Assembly: GCA_942493095.1 (NCBI GenBank) | Contig: OW818675.1 | Location: forward strand, 630,001-662,000 | DNA: 32,000 nucleotides | Direction: 5' to 3' | DNA from: Candidatus Electronema halotolerans | GTDB taxonomy: Bacteria > Desulfobacterota > Desulfobulbia > Desulfobulbales > Desulfobulbaceae | Position numbers and translations under genes: made by a program | Shown: piece by piece, positions 1-9,291 of the stretch | Numbering within the stretch: the first letter of the stretch is position 1 | Layout: every line of letters begins with the position of its first letter | Notes under the pieces: generated by a model | Databases searched by the model: none | What the model was told of the DNA's origin: nothing | Seen by the model: the letters and a program-made list of their open reading frames with translations, nothing else

Positions 1-229
1 CTTTATCAGAAAGATTGTATAATGATTGCAAAATTAAAATTTTGAACATCATGACTGAATCATAACCTTTAGCTCCAGCATTTGATTTCACAGGCTTTCT
101 TTTTGCTTCTTCAAGAATTGGCCGAAATATTTCCCAGTCAATAGCCTTGTTGATCTTAACTAAAGGATCACCTGCTTTGTCAATTCGGGAAAGACGAATA
201 TAAAAATCAAAAAATCCAAGTTGGTTCAT
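1..229 (-). mobile_element. 5' part of an IS5-family-type transposase gene, truncated by the window edge
   Basis: Minus-strand reading from ATG at 229 is open to base 1: MNQLGFFDFYIRLSRIDKAGDPLVKINKAIDWEIFRPILEEAKRKPVKSNAGAKGYDSVMMFKILILQSLYNLSDK. This is the typical N-terminal DUF772-like region of IS5-type transposases. Absent from the ORF track because it has no stop in the window. Confidence 0.85.
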
Positions 230-629
230 CTGTGCATCTCCGGCAGCATGAGTTGAATTGATGCCGAAATTATAACATAATAGACTGAAATTTCAATATT
301 AAAATAAAAAATAACAAAACAAATGCAGCAGAATGGATGTTGTATTTTTCGAGGAACCCTCAAGAGAGATGCCGTAGTTGCGTAGGTCTGCTTGCGGGTA
401 AATTTAAGCAATGAGCAGTCCGCTTTCGTTGCGCTCAAGCAGACTTACCTCTGCAAAACGTTCTGTCAGCCCACTTTACGCAGCACATCTCCCTCTGTCA
501 ACTGAAAAACTGCCGCAAAGCAGCTCGTCGTCTCCCGTCCTCCCCGCTGCTTCCTGAAAAACATCGAGCGACGCTTTTTTTCGCCATTCGTCATGCGGCG
601 GCAAGATCATTAAAGAATTCAAAGTTGCG

Positions 630-1556
630 TTACAAATCCTCGTCCGCCAAGGGCAGCACCTCAGCAAGGCTGCTTCGTCCCAGCAAAATCATGAAAAGAC
701 GGTCAAGGCCAAGGGCGATTCCGGCGCATTCAGGTAGCTGGGCAAGAGCGCGGAGGAATTGCTCCGGCATCAGACTGCTGCTGATTCCGGCTTTGGCCAT
801 CTCCATCTGAAACCGTTGCCGCTGGGCTGCTGCGTCAGTCAGTTCGGAAAAGCCGTTGGCCAGCTCAATGCCGTTGATGTACAGCTCCACTCGCTCGGCA
901 AGCAGCGGATTATCCTGCTTGGGCCGGGCCAGCGCGGCCAAGGCTATTGGGTAATCACAAAGGAAAACCGCGCCCAAGCGGGCCAGCTCAGGCTCCACTT
1001 TCTCAACTAGGAGCAAATCGAAGTCACCTTTTCTGACCGCCTCTTCCGCAGCAATGCCAGTGAATTGCTGAAAGGCCTCGGCCACGGTCAGACGGGGCCA
1101 CGGTTCCGTCTGCATTGCCCACGCAGGTAGCGGCTGCCAGCCCTGTTCAGCGCAGAAGCGGGCCAGCGAGCGGACCAGCTCCTCGCATTCCGCCATCAGC
1201 TCCGCATAGCTCCAGCCGGTCTGGTACCATTCCAGCATGGTGAATTCTTCCTGATGGAGCCGCCCGCGCTCGCCTTTGCGGAAGCAATGGCAAATCTGGA
1301 AGAGCCGTTCGCAGCCATTGGCGAGCAGCCGTTTCATGCACAGTTCCGGCGAGGTCTGAAGGAAACGGTCTTCCGAGCGCAGAGGCTGAATTTCCGCCTC
1401 TGGGATGAGCGCGGGCAGACGGGCCGGGGTGTCAGCCTCTATATAGTCGTGGGCATGAAAAAAACTGCGCACTGTCTGAAGCAGGGCCGAGCGTTTGCGG
1501 AGGTCAGCGGGTGAAAGCATCTGATTGGCGCTGGGGCGTTTAGTTTCAGTAACCAT
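630..1556 (-). CDS. epmA: EF-P--beta-lysine ligase / class II lysyl-tRNA synthetase-like protein (EpmA/PoxA/GenX family)
   Basis: 308-aa ORF lacking the anticodon-binding domain; motifs FLQTSPELCMKRLLANGCERLFQICHCFRKGE, HQEEFTMLEWY, ELYINGIELANGFSEL, GIALGLDRLFMILLG. Confidence 0.9.
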   Translation of the reverse strand: MVTETKRPSANQMLSPADLRKRSALLQTVRSFFHAHDYIEADTPARLPALIPEAEIQPLRSEDRFLQTSPELCMKRLLANGCERLFQICHCFRKGERGRLHQEEFTMLEWYQTGWSYAELMAECEELVRSLARFCAEQGWQPLPAWAMQTEPWPRLTVAEAFQQFTGIAAEEAVRKGDFDLLLVEKVEPELARLGAVFLCDYPIALAALARPKQDNPLLAERVELYINGIELANGFSELTDAAAQRQRFQMEMAKAGISSSLMPEQFLRALAQLPECAGIALGLDRLFMILLGRSSLAEVLPLADEDL

Positions 1557-1654
1557 TTACAATGGTTGATCGGGCCAGCATAAAAAACATCCATCTTTCT
1601 GTCAACAGGGAACATGCTTGCTGTATGACTGTCTTTCGGCTATCATGCGTCAAC

Positions 1655-1830
1655 GGCAGCTTGGCCTGCCGCTTCACATCAAGAGAGATGTTTCAGTGAA
1701 CGGAACACGGTGCGATTCCGTGGCATTCCCGATGCTGTGACCCCGAATAAGCTCTTCAGCAGATTGCAGCCACTGTTTTTCGTAAACGGGAAGGCTGCTG
1801 AATGAGCGGGGAAGCCAGAAGACGAACTGA
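1655..1830 (+). promoter_or_regulatory. Cobalamin (adenosylcobalamin-type) riboswitch-like leader, approximate limits
   Basis: GGAACACGGTGCGATTCCGTGGCATTCCCGATGCTGTGACCCCG (1701-1745), then the B12-box core GCAGCCACTG (1766-1775), then GGGAAGGC...GAGCGGGGAAGCCAGAAGAC. The order of conserved blocks matches the cobalamin aptamer; limits not folded computationally. Confidence 0.75.
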
Positions 1831-1861
1831 ATGTCGATATTTTTTTTGCGAACGCGATGGC

Positions 1862-1900
1862 AAAGGGTTCCGCAGAGCAATTGTTCTGCTGGAACCCTTT
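1862..1900 (+). promoter_or_regulatory. Strong hairpin between riboswitch and the ThiC-like gene, candidate expression platform
   Basis: AAAGGGTTCC (1862-1871) pairs perfectly with GGAACCCTTT (1891-1900); located 36 nt before the ATG at 1936. No clear T-run follows. Confidence 0.6.
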
Positions 1901-1935
1901 CCGCTTCCGGCAGGGCAAAACCTACAAGGTGCGTC

Positions 1936-3246
1936 ATGAAAACCCAATTGGAAGCAGCCCGCGCAGGCATCATCACCAACGCAGTCCAAACAGTGGCCCA
2001 AAATGAGGGACAGGAGCCGGAGCTGCTCAGAAGCCGGGTGGCTGCCGGAGAAGTGGTCATCCTCAGCCATCCGCAGCGGCCCGAACAGAAAATTGTCGGC
2101 ATTGGCACAGGCCTGCGGACCAAAGTCAATGCCTCCATCGGCACCTCGTCTGACATCTGCGACCTTGAGCTGGAAGTGCGCAAGGCCCGGATAGCCGAGA
2201 AAGAGGGCGCGGACACGTTGATGGAGCTGTCCGCTGCCGGAGACATGGACGCAATCCGTCGGGCTGTGCTGGCAGCCACGAGCCTGCCGGTCGGCACCGT
2301 GCCCCTGTATCAAGCCTTCCGGGAAACAGCTCTGCAACACGCTGATCCAAGCAAGCTTGATTCTGAACAGCTTTTTGATCTCATCGAGCAGCAGCTTGCT
2401 GACGGCATCAGTTTTATGGCCATTCATTGCGGCATCAACCGCTGGACAGTGGAGCGGTTGCGCAGGCAGGGCTACCGCTACGGCGGGCTGGTCTCCAAGG
2501 GCGGCACGTTCATGGTGGCGTGGATGGACCGCACTGGCAAGGAAAATCCGCTTTACGAGCAGTTTGACCGAGTCTGCGGCCTGATGAAGAAATATGATGC
2601 GGTGCTCTCGCTGGGCAATGGCATCCGGTCCGGGGCGATTCACGACAGCCACGACCGGGCGCAAGTGGCGGAAATGGTGGTCAACTGCGAGCTGGCTGAA
2701 CTGGGCCGGAACATGGGCTGTCAGATGATGGTTGAAGGTCCCGGCCATCTGCCGCTGGATGAAATCGCGGCCAACATCCTGCTGGAAAAACGGATGAGCG
2801 GCAATGCTCCCTATTATGTGCTCGGCCCGCTGCCGGTGGACAGCGGCGCAGGCTATGATCACATTGCCAGTGCCATTGGCGCGGCCCATTCCGCCCGCTA
2901 TGGCGCAGACCTGATCTGCTACATCACCCCGGCAGAACATTTAGCTCTGCCCAATGAGGCAGATGTCCGCGAAGGAGTCCGGGCCGCCCGGCTTGCAGTC
3001 CGCATCGGCGATCTGGTCAAATATCCGCAGACCCGTGAAAATGAGAAGGCGGCAGCCAAGGCCCGGCGGGACATGCGCTGGAGCGATCTCGATCAGCATC
3101 TCCTGTTCCCGGAAACCGCCCGCAGGCTGCGCCAAAGCAGAATGCCGGAGCAGCAGGAAACCTGCACAATGTGCGGCGATTTTTGCGCCATGAAGCAAGG
3201 GGCGGCAGTTTTCAGCAGAGACATTGCCGGAGACAAGGCGGCTTGA
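1936..3246 (+). CDS. bzaF: ThiC-superfamily radical SAM enzyme; probable 5-hydroxybenzimidazole synthase (BzaF-type) rather than HMP-P synthase
   Basis: 436 aa from ATG 1936 (ORF track extends to 1831). ThiC-family motifs TQLEAARAGIIT, GLRTKVNASIGTSSD, ENPLYEQFD, VEGPGHLPLDE, YVLGPLPVDSGAGYDH, YITPAEHLALP and C-terminal cluster motif CTMCGDFCAMK. Diverged positions (MELSAAGD, IHCGINR, LSLGNGIRSGAIHDSHDRAQ) plus the B12-riboswitch-like leader favour BzaF. Family membership is very secure, the subfamily call is moderate. Confidence 0.75.
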   Translation: MKTQLEAARAGIITNAVQTVAQNEGQEPELLRSRVAAGEVVILSHPQRPEQKIVGIGTGLRTKVNASIGTSSDICDLELEVRKARIAEKEGADTLMELSAAGDMDAIRRAVLAATSLPVGTVPLYQAFRETALQHADPSKLDSEQLFDLIEQQLADGISFMAIHCGINRWTVERLRRQGYRYGGLVSKGGTFMVAWMDRTGKENPLYEQFDRVCGLMKKYDAVLSLGNGIRSGAIHDSHDRAQVAEMVVNCELAELGRNMGCQMMVEGPGHLPLDEIAANILLEKRMSGNAPYYVLGPLPVDSGAGYDHIASAIGAAHSARYGADLICYITPAEHLALPNEADVREGVRAARLAVRIGDLVKYPQTRENEKAAAKARRDMRWSDLDQHLLFPETARRLRQSRMPEQQETCTMCGDFCAMKQGAAVFSRDIAGDKAA

Positions 3247-3492
3247 TCCCCTGAGTGCTCCTGCAATATTACCGGCAGTCAGGTGGTTGAGCGGAGTCTA
3301 AACCATCTGACTGCCGCTGCCTTTGGCTCCGCTCAGACAGCTTTCTGTTGACCGGGAAAAGGAATTTTTATTATAATGGGCAGACTGCTGTCCTGTTGTC
3401 GGCCTGTTGTTTCAACTATATGACACTATTGAAAAACAGCAGCAGAAAGGCTTTGTTTTTTCCGATTAAATATTGCGCGCTGACCGTCTTCC

Positions 3493-3783
3493 ATGCAATG
3501 CAACCAGCTGCTTCGTCTTATTAAAGAATGGCACAGTCATGTCTGCCGGGACACAATGGCTCCGGCCCGCATGATGCAGTTTATTGACAACCACATCAGG
3601 CAATGCGATATTTGCTGTCAAGACAAGGAGCTGGGGCAGGAAATAGAGCGGCTCAAAGAGCGCGTGCTGCCAAAAGAGGATGCCGCCAAAATCTCCCGTT
3701 CGGCCCAGGATTTATTCACCCCTGATATTTTTGAGGAAAACGAACTGCCGTCTGAAGATGAGACGACAGACAATGCCGCCTGA
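3493..3783 (+). CDS. Small Cys-containing conserved-type hypothetical protein
   Basis: 96-aa ORF MQCNQLLRLIKEWHSHVCRDTMAPARMMQFIDNHIRQCDICCQDKELGQEIERLKERVLPKEDAA...; possible zinc-binding N-terminus; same strand and just upstream of resB. Confidence 0.6.
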   Translation: MQCNQLLRLIKEWHSHVCRDTMAPARMMQFIDNHIRQCDICCQDKELGQEIERLKERVLPKEDAAKISRSAQDLFTPDIFEENELPSEDETTDNAA

Positions 3784-3937
3784 CCGCTTCGCCTGCCTGT
3801 CTCCCAGCAGTTGGGAGCTGAAAAAAGATTGACACTCGTGCCGCCCCATGCTTGAATGGTTGCATTGAGAGACAGTTTTCCGAGCAGTTTCCAGCTTTTG
3901 ATTTTACCTCTTATTCCAAGACATTGTTTTTATTTTA

Positions 3938-5305
3938 ATGGCTGCAAAAACAAAAAATCCAGTCTGGACTTTTCTCGCCTCAGTGCAGCTTGCCCTGCTG
4001 CTTCTTGGCGTGCTTGCCTCCACGTCCATTATTGGCACCATCATTCAGCAGAACAAGCCTGATGAGCATTACGTCAAAACATGGGGGCCGGGCGCAGCAA
4101 AAGTGATTCAGGTCCTTGACTTGGATGACATGTACAATTCCGGCTGGTTCCTTTTTCTGCTCGGCGCGTTCAGCCTCAATCTGACTGTGTGCAGCATGGA
4201 CCGGCTGCCCGGCGTGATCCGGGTGGTGCGCAAGGACAATCTCGTCGATGCGCCGGAGCAGCTCCTCAAGCGGAAGCTCCAGCATCGGGCGCAGGTCAGC
4301 GGCTCGGTCAAGGAAGGGGCGCAGCAGGCGGCGGCATGGCTGGCTGGCAAGGGCTGGAAGACCGCCTCCCGCAGCAAGGAAGGCGGCCTGCTTCTCTTTG
4401 CCCAGAAAGGGGCATGGACCCGCTACGGCGTGTATGCGGTGCATCTTTCCATCCTGATCATCCTGCTCGGCGCAATCATCGGCTCGCCCACAGTGGCGAA
4501 GAAAATCCTCAACAAGCCGCAGTTCGCCTTCAAAGGCGGGGTGCTGCTGCCGGAGCAGCGCAGCACCAACCGCATTTTCTCCTATGATGAGGAAGATCAG
4601 TCGATTCCGCTCGGCTTCACGGTGCGCTGCAACTTTTTTGACATTGATTTTTACGACAACGGCATGCCCAAGGACTATGTCTCCGGCCTGACCATCCTTG
4701 AAGGAGAAGAGGAAATTCTGACCAAGGAGATCGAGGTCAACAAGCCCCTCAAATACAAGGGCGTGACCTTTTATCAGTCCAGCTACAACGACCTGCGCAG
4801 GCCGGTCATCCGCCTCAAGAATGTCAGCACTGGCGAGCGAACCATGCTGCCGTTCACGACCAATGCCACTTCCACCTGGCAGAACGGCACGGCGCAGGGC
4901 ATGCTCAAAATTCTGGATGTGCGCGAAGTCCCTGGCGGCGCGGAGTTTGACATCTGGTTCATGGACCCGCAGGGGCCGCCATCCACGTTCACGGTCAACT
5001 ACAACAAGCCGGTTATTGTTGAGCGGCCTGCGGCCAACTATGAGTTGAAAATCAGCACGCAGTACGCCACCGGGCTGCAAGTTTCCAAAGACCCCGGAGT
5101 CTGGTGGGTCTATGGCGGCTGCATCCTGATGCTGCTTGGCCTGTGTGTCGCCTTTTTCATGTCGCACCGCAAAATCTGGGCTTATGCGCATGAGGAGGAC
5201 GGTCAGACAACCGTGGTCTTCATCGGTCATGCCAACAAGAACAGCCTCGACTTTGCCAAGACCTTTGCCCGCCTGACAGAGGACTTTGGCGGCAAACAGG
5301 GCTGA
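3938..5305 (+). CDS. resB: ResB/Ccs1-like system II cytochrome c biogenesis protein
   Basis: 455 aa; WTFLASVQLALLLLGVLASTSIIGTIIQQNKP, long periplasmic region, YKGVTFYQSSY, C-terminal TM helix; followed by a ccsA-type gene. Confidence 0.92.
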   Translation: MAAKTKNPVWTFLASVQLALLLLGVLASTSIIGTIIQQNKPDEHYVKTWGPGAAKVIQVLDLDDMYNSGWFLFLLGAFSLNLTVCSMDRLPGVIRVVRKDNLVDAPEQLLKRKLQHRAQVSGSVKEGAQQAAAWLAGKGWKTASRSKEGGLLLFAQKGAWTRYGVYAVHLSILIILLGAIIGSPTVAKKILNKPQFAFKGGVLLPEQRSTNRIFSYDEEDQSIPLGFTVRCNFFDIDFYDNGMPKDYVSGLTILEGEEEILTKEIEVNKPLKYKGVTFYQSSYNDLRRPVIRLKNVSTGERTMLPFTTNATSTWQNGTAQGMLKILDVREVPGGAEFDIWFMDPQGPPSTFTVNYNKPVIVERPAANYELKISTQYATGLQVSKDPGVWWVYGGCILMLLGLCVAFFMSHRKIWAYAHEEDGQTTVVFIGHANKNSLDFAKTFARLTEDFGGKQG

Positions 5306-5346
5306 ACCGGTCAATTCCGCAGGAACATCCGAATACATAGAATATA

Positions 5347-6198
5347 ATGAACAGCTCGCAGCTCTTCGGCATCACGACCTTGCTCTATCTGCTGGCCTCG
5401 GTCGCCTATATCGCCTTTTTTATCTTCCGCAGCAGGCCAGCAGCGCAGGTCGGGCTGGGCCTGACTATTCTCGGCATTCTCGTCCAGACCGCCGGTCTCG
5501 GCCTGCGCTGGCATGAATCCTATCAGCTCGGCATGGGTCATGCGCCGCTGACCAACATGTACGAGTCGCTGCTCTTCTTTGCCTGGTGCGCAGCCATTTT
5601 TTACGTCCTGCTGGAAATCAAGTTCAAGCTGCCAGTGATCGGGGCCTTTGTCATGCCCATTCCTTTTCTGACGCTGGCCTACACCTCCATCGCAAAAGAC
5701 ATCAGCAAAGAAATCAGCCCGCTGATCCCGGCCCTCCAGTCCAACTGGCTGATCGCTCATGTCATCACCTGCTTCATCGGCTACGGGGCCTTTGCAGTCG
5801 CCGCCGGACTGGGCATCATGTATTTGCTCAAGCATTTTGCCGACAAAATCAAGCTCTCTCAAGAATCCATGATCAGCAGCCTGCCTGACCTGCGGACGCT
5901 GGATGATCTGATTCACAAGACCATTATTTTCGGCTTTCTCTGGCTCAGTGCGGGCATCATCACCGGCGCGGTCTGGGCCAACGAGGCATGGGGCACCTAC
6001 TGGCAATGGGATCCCAAGGAAACATGGTCGATCATCACCTGGTTTGTCTATGCCTTCACCCTCCATGCCCGCTTCACACGCGGCTGGAACGGCAGCCGCA
6101 TCGCTTGGCTCTCCGTGCTCGGCTTTGTTTCGGTTTTCTTCACCTATTTTGGAGTCAACTATCTGTTGGCCGGGCTGCACAGCTACGGCGCGAGCTGA
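5347..6198 (+). CDS. ccsA: CcsA/ResC-type cytochrome c assembly protein (heme handling)
   Basis: 283 aa multi-TM; tryptophan-rich signature GAVWANEAWGTYWQWDPKETWSIITW; LHARFTRGW; YFGVNYLLAGLHSYG. Confidence 0.95.
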   Translation: MNSSQLFGITTLLYLLASVAYIAFFIFRSRPAAQVGLGLTILGILVQTAGLGLRWHESYQLGMGHAPLTNMYESLLFFAWCAAIFYVLLEIKFKLPVIGAFVMPIPFLTLAYTSIAKDISKEISPLIPALQSNWLIAHVITCFIGYGAFAVAAGLGIMYLLKHFADKIKLSQESMISSLPDLRTLDDLIHKTIIFGFLWLSAGIITGAVWANEAWGTYWQWDPKETWSIITWFVYAFTLHARFTRGWNGSRIAWLSVLGFVSVFFTYFGVNYLLAGLHSYGAS

Positions 6199-6333
6199 CA
6201 AAAAAAGCTGAATTCACGTTTTCCTTGCTTGACAAAAAGACAAGTCCGAGCTATACCAAGCCGAAACAAACAGGAAAACAGTCAACAAGTCATTTGTTGT
6301 TTTTTATTTTATTCAGCGAGGAGGATTACTGTA

Positions 6334-6825
6334 ATGAAGAAGGCATTGATTTTCGGTGCGGCTTTGGCTTTGGTCTGCGGTGCGGGTCTGATGAGCGTCA
6401 GCGTTGCTCAGGACGACACAGGAGCGGAATTTCTCAAGATCGAAGACGGCTCCGGCAATTCCATGAATCCGGCCTTTTTCCCGCATCGGGATCATCAGGA
6501 CCGTCTGAAAGATTTCAAGGATAATAACGGACGGACAGGTTGCGCCATCTGCCATCACGGCAAAAAGGATGACGGCACTCAGTTGCAGTACGCAGACCTG
6601 CCAGATGACCAAAAGCCAAAAAGCGGCGCATTCAAGTGCTCAAACTGCCACAACAAGAATGCGGACGGCATCTCGTTGGACGGCAAGGTTCCGGGCATCT
6701 CTCCGATTCAGCGGGCCGGACATGGCCGCTGCCAAGGCTGCCACAAGGATCAAAAGAGCACCAGAGGCACTGCTCTGATGGCCTGCCCGACCTGCCACGC
6801 CATGTACAAGGACAAAGTGAAGTGA
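6334..6825 (+). CDS. Class III tetraheme cytochrome c3-type protein, secreted
   Basis: SD gaggagg before ATG 6334; signal peptide MKKALIFGAALALVCGAGLMSVSVAQ; four CXXCH motifs (CAICHH, CSNCH, CQGCH, CPTCH) and extra distal His residues. Confidence 0.93.
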   Translation: MKKALIFGAALALVCGAGLMSVSVAQDDTGAEFLKIEDGSGNSMNPAFFPHRDHQDRLKDFKDNNGRTGCAICHHGKKDDGTQLQYADLPDDQKPKSGAFKCSNCHNKNADGISLDGKVPGISPIQRAGHGRCQGCHKDQKSTRGTALMACPTCHAMYKDKVK

Positions 6826-6856
6826 GAGCACGCTGATCTGCTGATCAGAAGCGCGA

Positions 6857-6885
6857 AAGGCTGCCCGACAAGGCAGCCTTTTGTA
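6857..6885 (+). terminator. Rho-independent terminator downstream of cytochrome c3 gene
   Basis: AAGGCTGCC-CGACAA-GGCAGCCTT followed by TTGTATTTG. Confidence 0.85.
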
Positions 6886-7123
6886 TTTGTTGCTTCAAAG
6901 CAGCGGCGGTGGCGACTTTTTCAACAGCTGGATTCAAGTGATTATAATACAGGAAGTCCTCCGAGCCTTCACTTGTAGAAGTTTATTGACATTTTTTGTG
7001 AGACAGCACTGACGTTTCCAGTTTGTTTTCAGCAGCTCTTGAGCAAACTCAGAACAGATGGTCTGATGTTTGAAGGAACCAAGGCATCGTGCAAGATAAC
7101 AAGATAAACAACGTCTTACCGCC

Positions 7124-8656
7124 ATGCTCGCCACAACCCTGAGCGGCGCGGTCATGGGCGTGGATGGCCTGCTTGTCCGGGTGGAGGTCGATCTTGCCCT
7201 TGGCCTGCCGATTTTTTCCACAGTCGGGCTGCCGGAAGGCGCGGTGCGCGAGGCCAAAGACCGGGTGCGGGCGGCAGTCAAGAACTCCGGCTACGAGTTC
7301 CCGCAGCGGCGGATTACGGTCAATCTTGCGCCAGCGGCAGTGAAAAAGGAAGGCTCTGGCTATGACTTGCCTATCGCGGTCGGCATTCTCGCTGCCGCAG
7401 GAATGCTGGACTGCCCGGACTTGGCTGAGACCGCGCTGGTCGGCGAGCTGTCCTTGGACGGCGGGGTGCGGCCAGTGCGCGGAGTCTTGCCGATGGTGCT
7501 GGAGGCCAAGGCAAACGACATCCGCCGCTTTCTCGTGCCTGCCGAAAACGCATACGAAGCGGCAGTGGTGCAGGGCATTGAGATCATTGCGGTGCAGAAT
7601 CTGCGCCAAGCAATGGACTTTCTTGCCGGGCTGCGCCGAATTGAGCCGTCCAGCACTGATCTTGACGCGCTCTTCAGCCGCCGCAGCGAGTATCCGGTTG
7701 ATTTTGCTGAAGTGCGCGGCCAAGAGCATGTCAAGCGGGCTTTTGAGGTGGCGGCGGCAGGCGGCCACAATCTCCTGCTCTGCGGGGTGCCGGGCACGGG
7801 CAAGACCATGATGGCCCGGCGGCTGCCCACCATCCTGCCTGACCTCTGCCTGCGCGAGGCTCTGTCAACCACTAAGATTTACTCGACGGTCGGCCTGCTG
7901 CCAGAGGGCCTGCCCCTGCTGGTGACGCGGCCTTTTCGCGCGCCGCATCACACCATTTCTGATGCCGGACTGATCGGCGGCGGCCAGATTCCCCGGCCCG
8001 GCGAAGTTTCCTTGGCCCACAACGGCGTGCTCTTTCTTGACGAGCTGCCCGAATTCCGCAAGCACGTTCTTGAGGTCATGCGCCAGCCGCTGGAGGACGG
8101 GGTGGTCACTATTGCCCGCGCTGCAGCCAGTCTCCGCTTCCCGGCAGACTTCATGCTGGTGGCGGCCATGAATCCTTGTCCCTGCGGCTTCCTTGGCGAC
8201 AAGGTCAAGGAGTGCAGGTGTTCGTCCATGCAGGTGCAGCGGTATCGCGGCCAGCTCTCCGGCCCGCTGCTCGACCGGATTGACATGCACGTTGAGGTGC
8301 CGCCCGTGCCGGTGCAGGAGATCAGCGCCCGTTCAGCAGGCGAGCCGTCCGCCGCCATCCGCGAGCGGGTCAACCGGGCGCGGCGGCTCCAGCAGGCCCG
8401 TTTCGCCAAGACCAGCAGCGTGACCTGCAATGCCCGCATGTCGCCCCGCCAGCTTGAGGTGTTGTGTCCTTTGGATGAAGCAGGCAGCAAGCTCCTCAAA
8501 AGCGCGATTGAGCGGCTGGGTCTGTCCGCCCGCGCCTATCACCGCATCATCAAGATTGCCCGCACCATTGCTGACTTGGCTGAAGCCGAGCAGATCAGCT
8601 CCGCTCATGTGGCCGAGGCGGTCCAGTACCGGCGGCAGCAGTATGAGGTGCGGTGA
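7124..8656 (+). CDS. comM: YifB/ComM-family magnesium-chelatase-like AAA+ ATPase
   Basis: 510 aa; GLPTFSTVGLPEGAVREAKDRVRAA-like N-terminus, Walker A GVPGTGKTMMARRLPTILP, RPFRAPHHTISDAGLIGGG, VLFLDELPEF, AAMNPCPCGF. Confidence 0.95.
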   Translation: MLATTLSGAVMGVDGLLVRVEVDLALGLPIFSTVGLPEGAVREAKDRVRAAVKNSGYEFPQRRITVNLAPAAVKKEGSGYDLPIAVGILAAAGMLDCPDLAETALVGELSLDGGVRPVRGVLPMVLEAKANDIRRFLVPAENAYEAAVVQGIEIIAVQNLRQAMDFLAGLRRIEPSSTDLDALFSRRSEYPVDFAEVRGQEHVKRAFEVAAAGGHNLLLCGVPGTGKTMMARRLPTILPDLCLREALSTTKIYSTVGLLPEGLPLLVTRPFRAPHHTISDAGLIGGGQIPRPGEVSLAHNGVLFLDELPEFRKHVLEVMRQPLEDGVVTIARAAASLRFPADFMLVAAMNPCPCGFLGDKVKECRCSSMQVQRYRGQLSGPLLDRIDMHVEVPPVPVQEISARSAGEPSAAIRERVNRARRLQQARFAKTSSVTCNARMSPRQLEVLCPLDEAGSKLLKSAIERLGLSARAYHRIIKIARTIADLAEAEQISSAHVAEAVQYRRQQYEVR

Positions 8657-8760
8657 AATGAATCCTTGACTTTCCATGCAACTGTGTTATATCCTGACAG
8701 GAGAATGAATAGTACCGATCTTCACAAGTGTCATTGTATATTGTGTATCAGGAGTGAATT

Positions 8761-9291
8761 ATGATTCGGAAAATAGCGATCTGTTTTTTTATTTTGATTG
8801 GATATTTATGTCAAAGTCAAGCTCAGGCGAAACCTCTCATTGAAATTATTGACCTTAAATGGTGCAGCGAAATAAAAGATAGGGAACCTGTAGGTGTTTA
8901 TGAAAACGGAAGTAACTTTAATGGATCAAAACTCTATCTCTGGATGAAAATTAAGGGGCATCAAGAGACATTAGACAGGTTACGCCAAGGAAAGAAAATA
9001 GGAATAATACAACGCTGGAATTATCAGTATCTGGGATGGAGAACAGAAGACATTGATATTTCTATTGGAAAAGAAAATAAATTGAGCCAAGAAATAATCC
9101 AAAAACTTCAACAGGAAGTAGATCAAAAAGGATATTTCGACTGGAGAACATGGGGATATAAAGTAAACTTAAAAGCAAATAAATACACACTGGACGATTT
9201 AGATTTTGTTGATATATTTTACGACCCTTTAAACTGTGATATAGAGCAAAACTGCAAAATGCATATTCAATGGAAAGGATATGAAGGATAA
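8761..9291 (+). CDS. Secreted hypothetical protein
   Basis: 176 aa with apparent signal peptide MIRKIAICFFILIGYLCQSQAQA; AT-rich coding; overlaps the next ORF by 11 nt. Confidence 0.75.
   Translation: MIRKIAICFFILIGYLCQSQAQAKPLIEIIDLKWCSEIKDREPVGVYENGSNFNGSKLYLWMKIKGHQETLDRLRQGKKIGIIQRWNYQYLGWRTEDIDISIGKENKLSQEIIQKLQQEVDQKGYFDWRTWGYKVNLKANKYTLDDLDFVDIFYDPLNCDIEQNCKMHIQWKGYEG

Noticed and set aside
1640-1935. TPP riboswitch expected upstream of a thiC-type gene
   Set aside because: No CTGAGA...ACCTGATCTGG-like THI core; conserved blocks instead match a cobalamin aptamer.
1756-2940. 394-aa minus-strand ORF antisense to the ThiC-like gene
   Set aside because: Shadow ORF of a GC-rich coding region; opposite strand has clear family motifs.
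3980-5338. 452-aa minus-strand ORF
   Set aside because: Antisense to resB; His/Asp/Ala-rich shadow translation.
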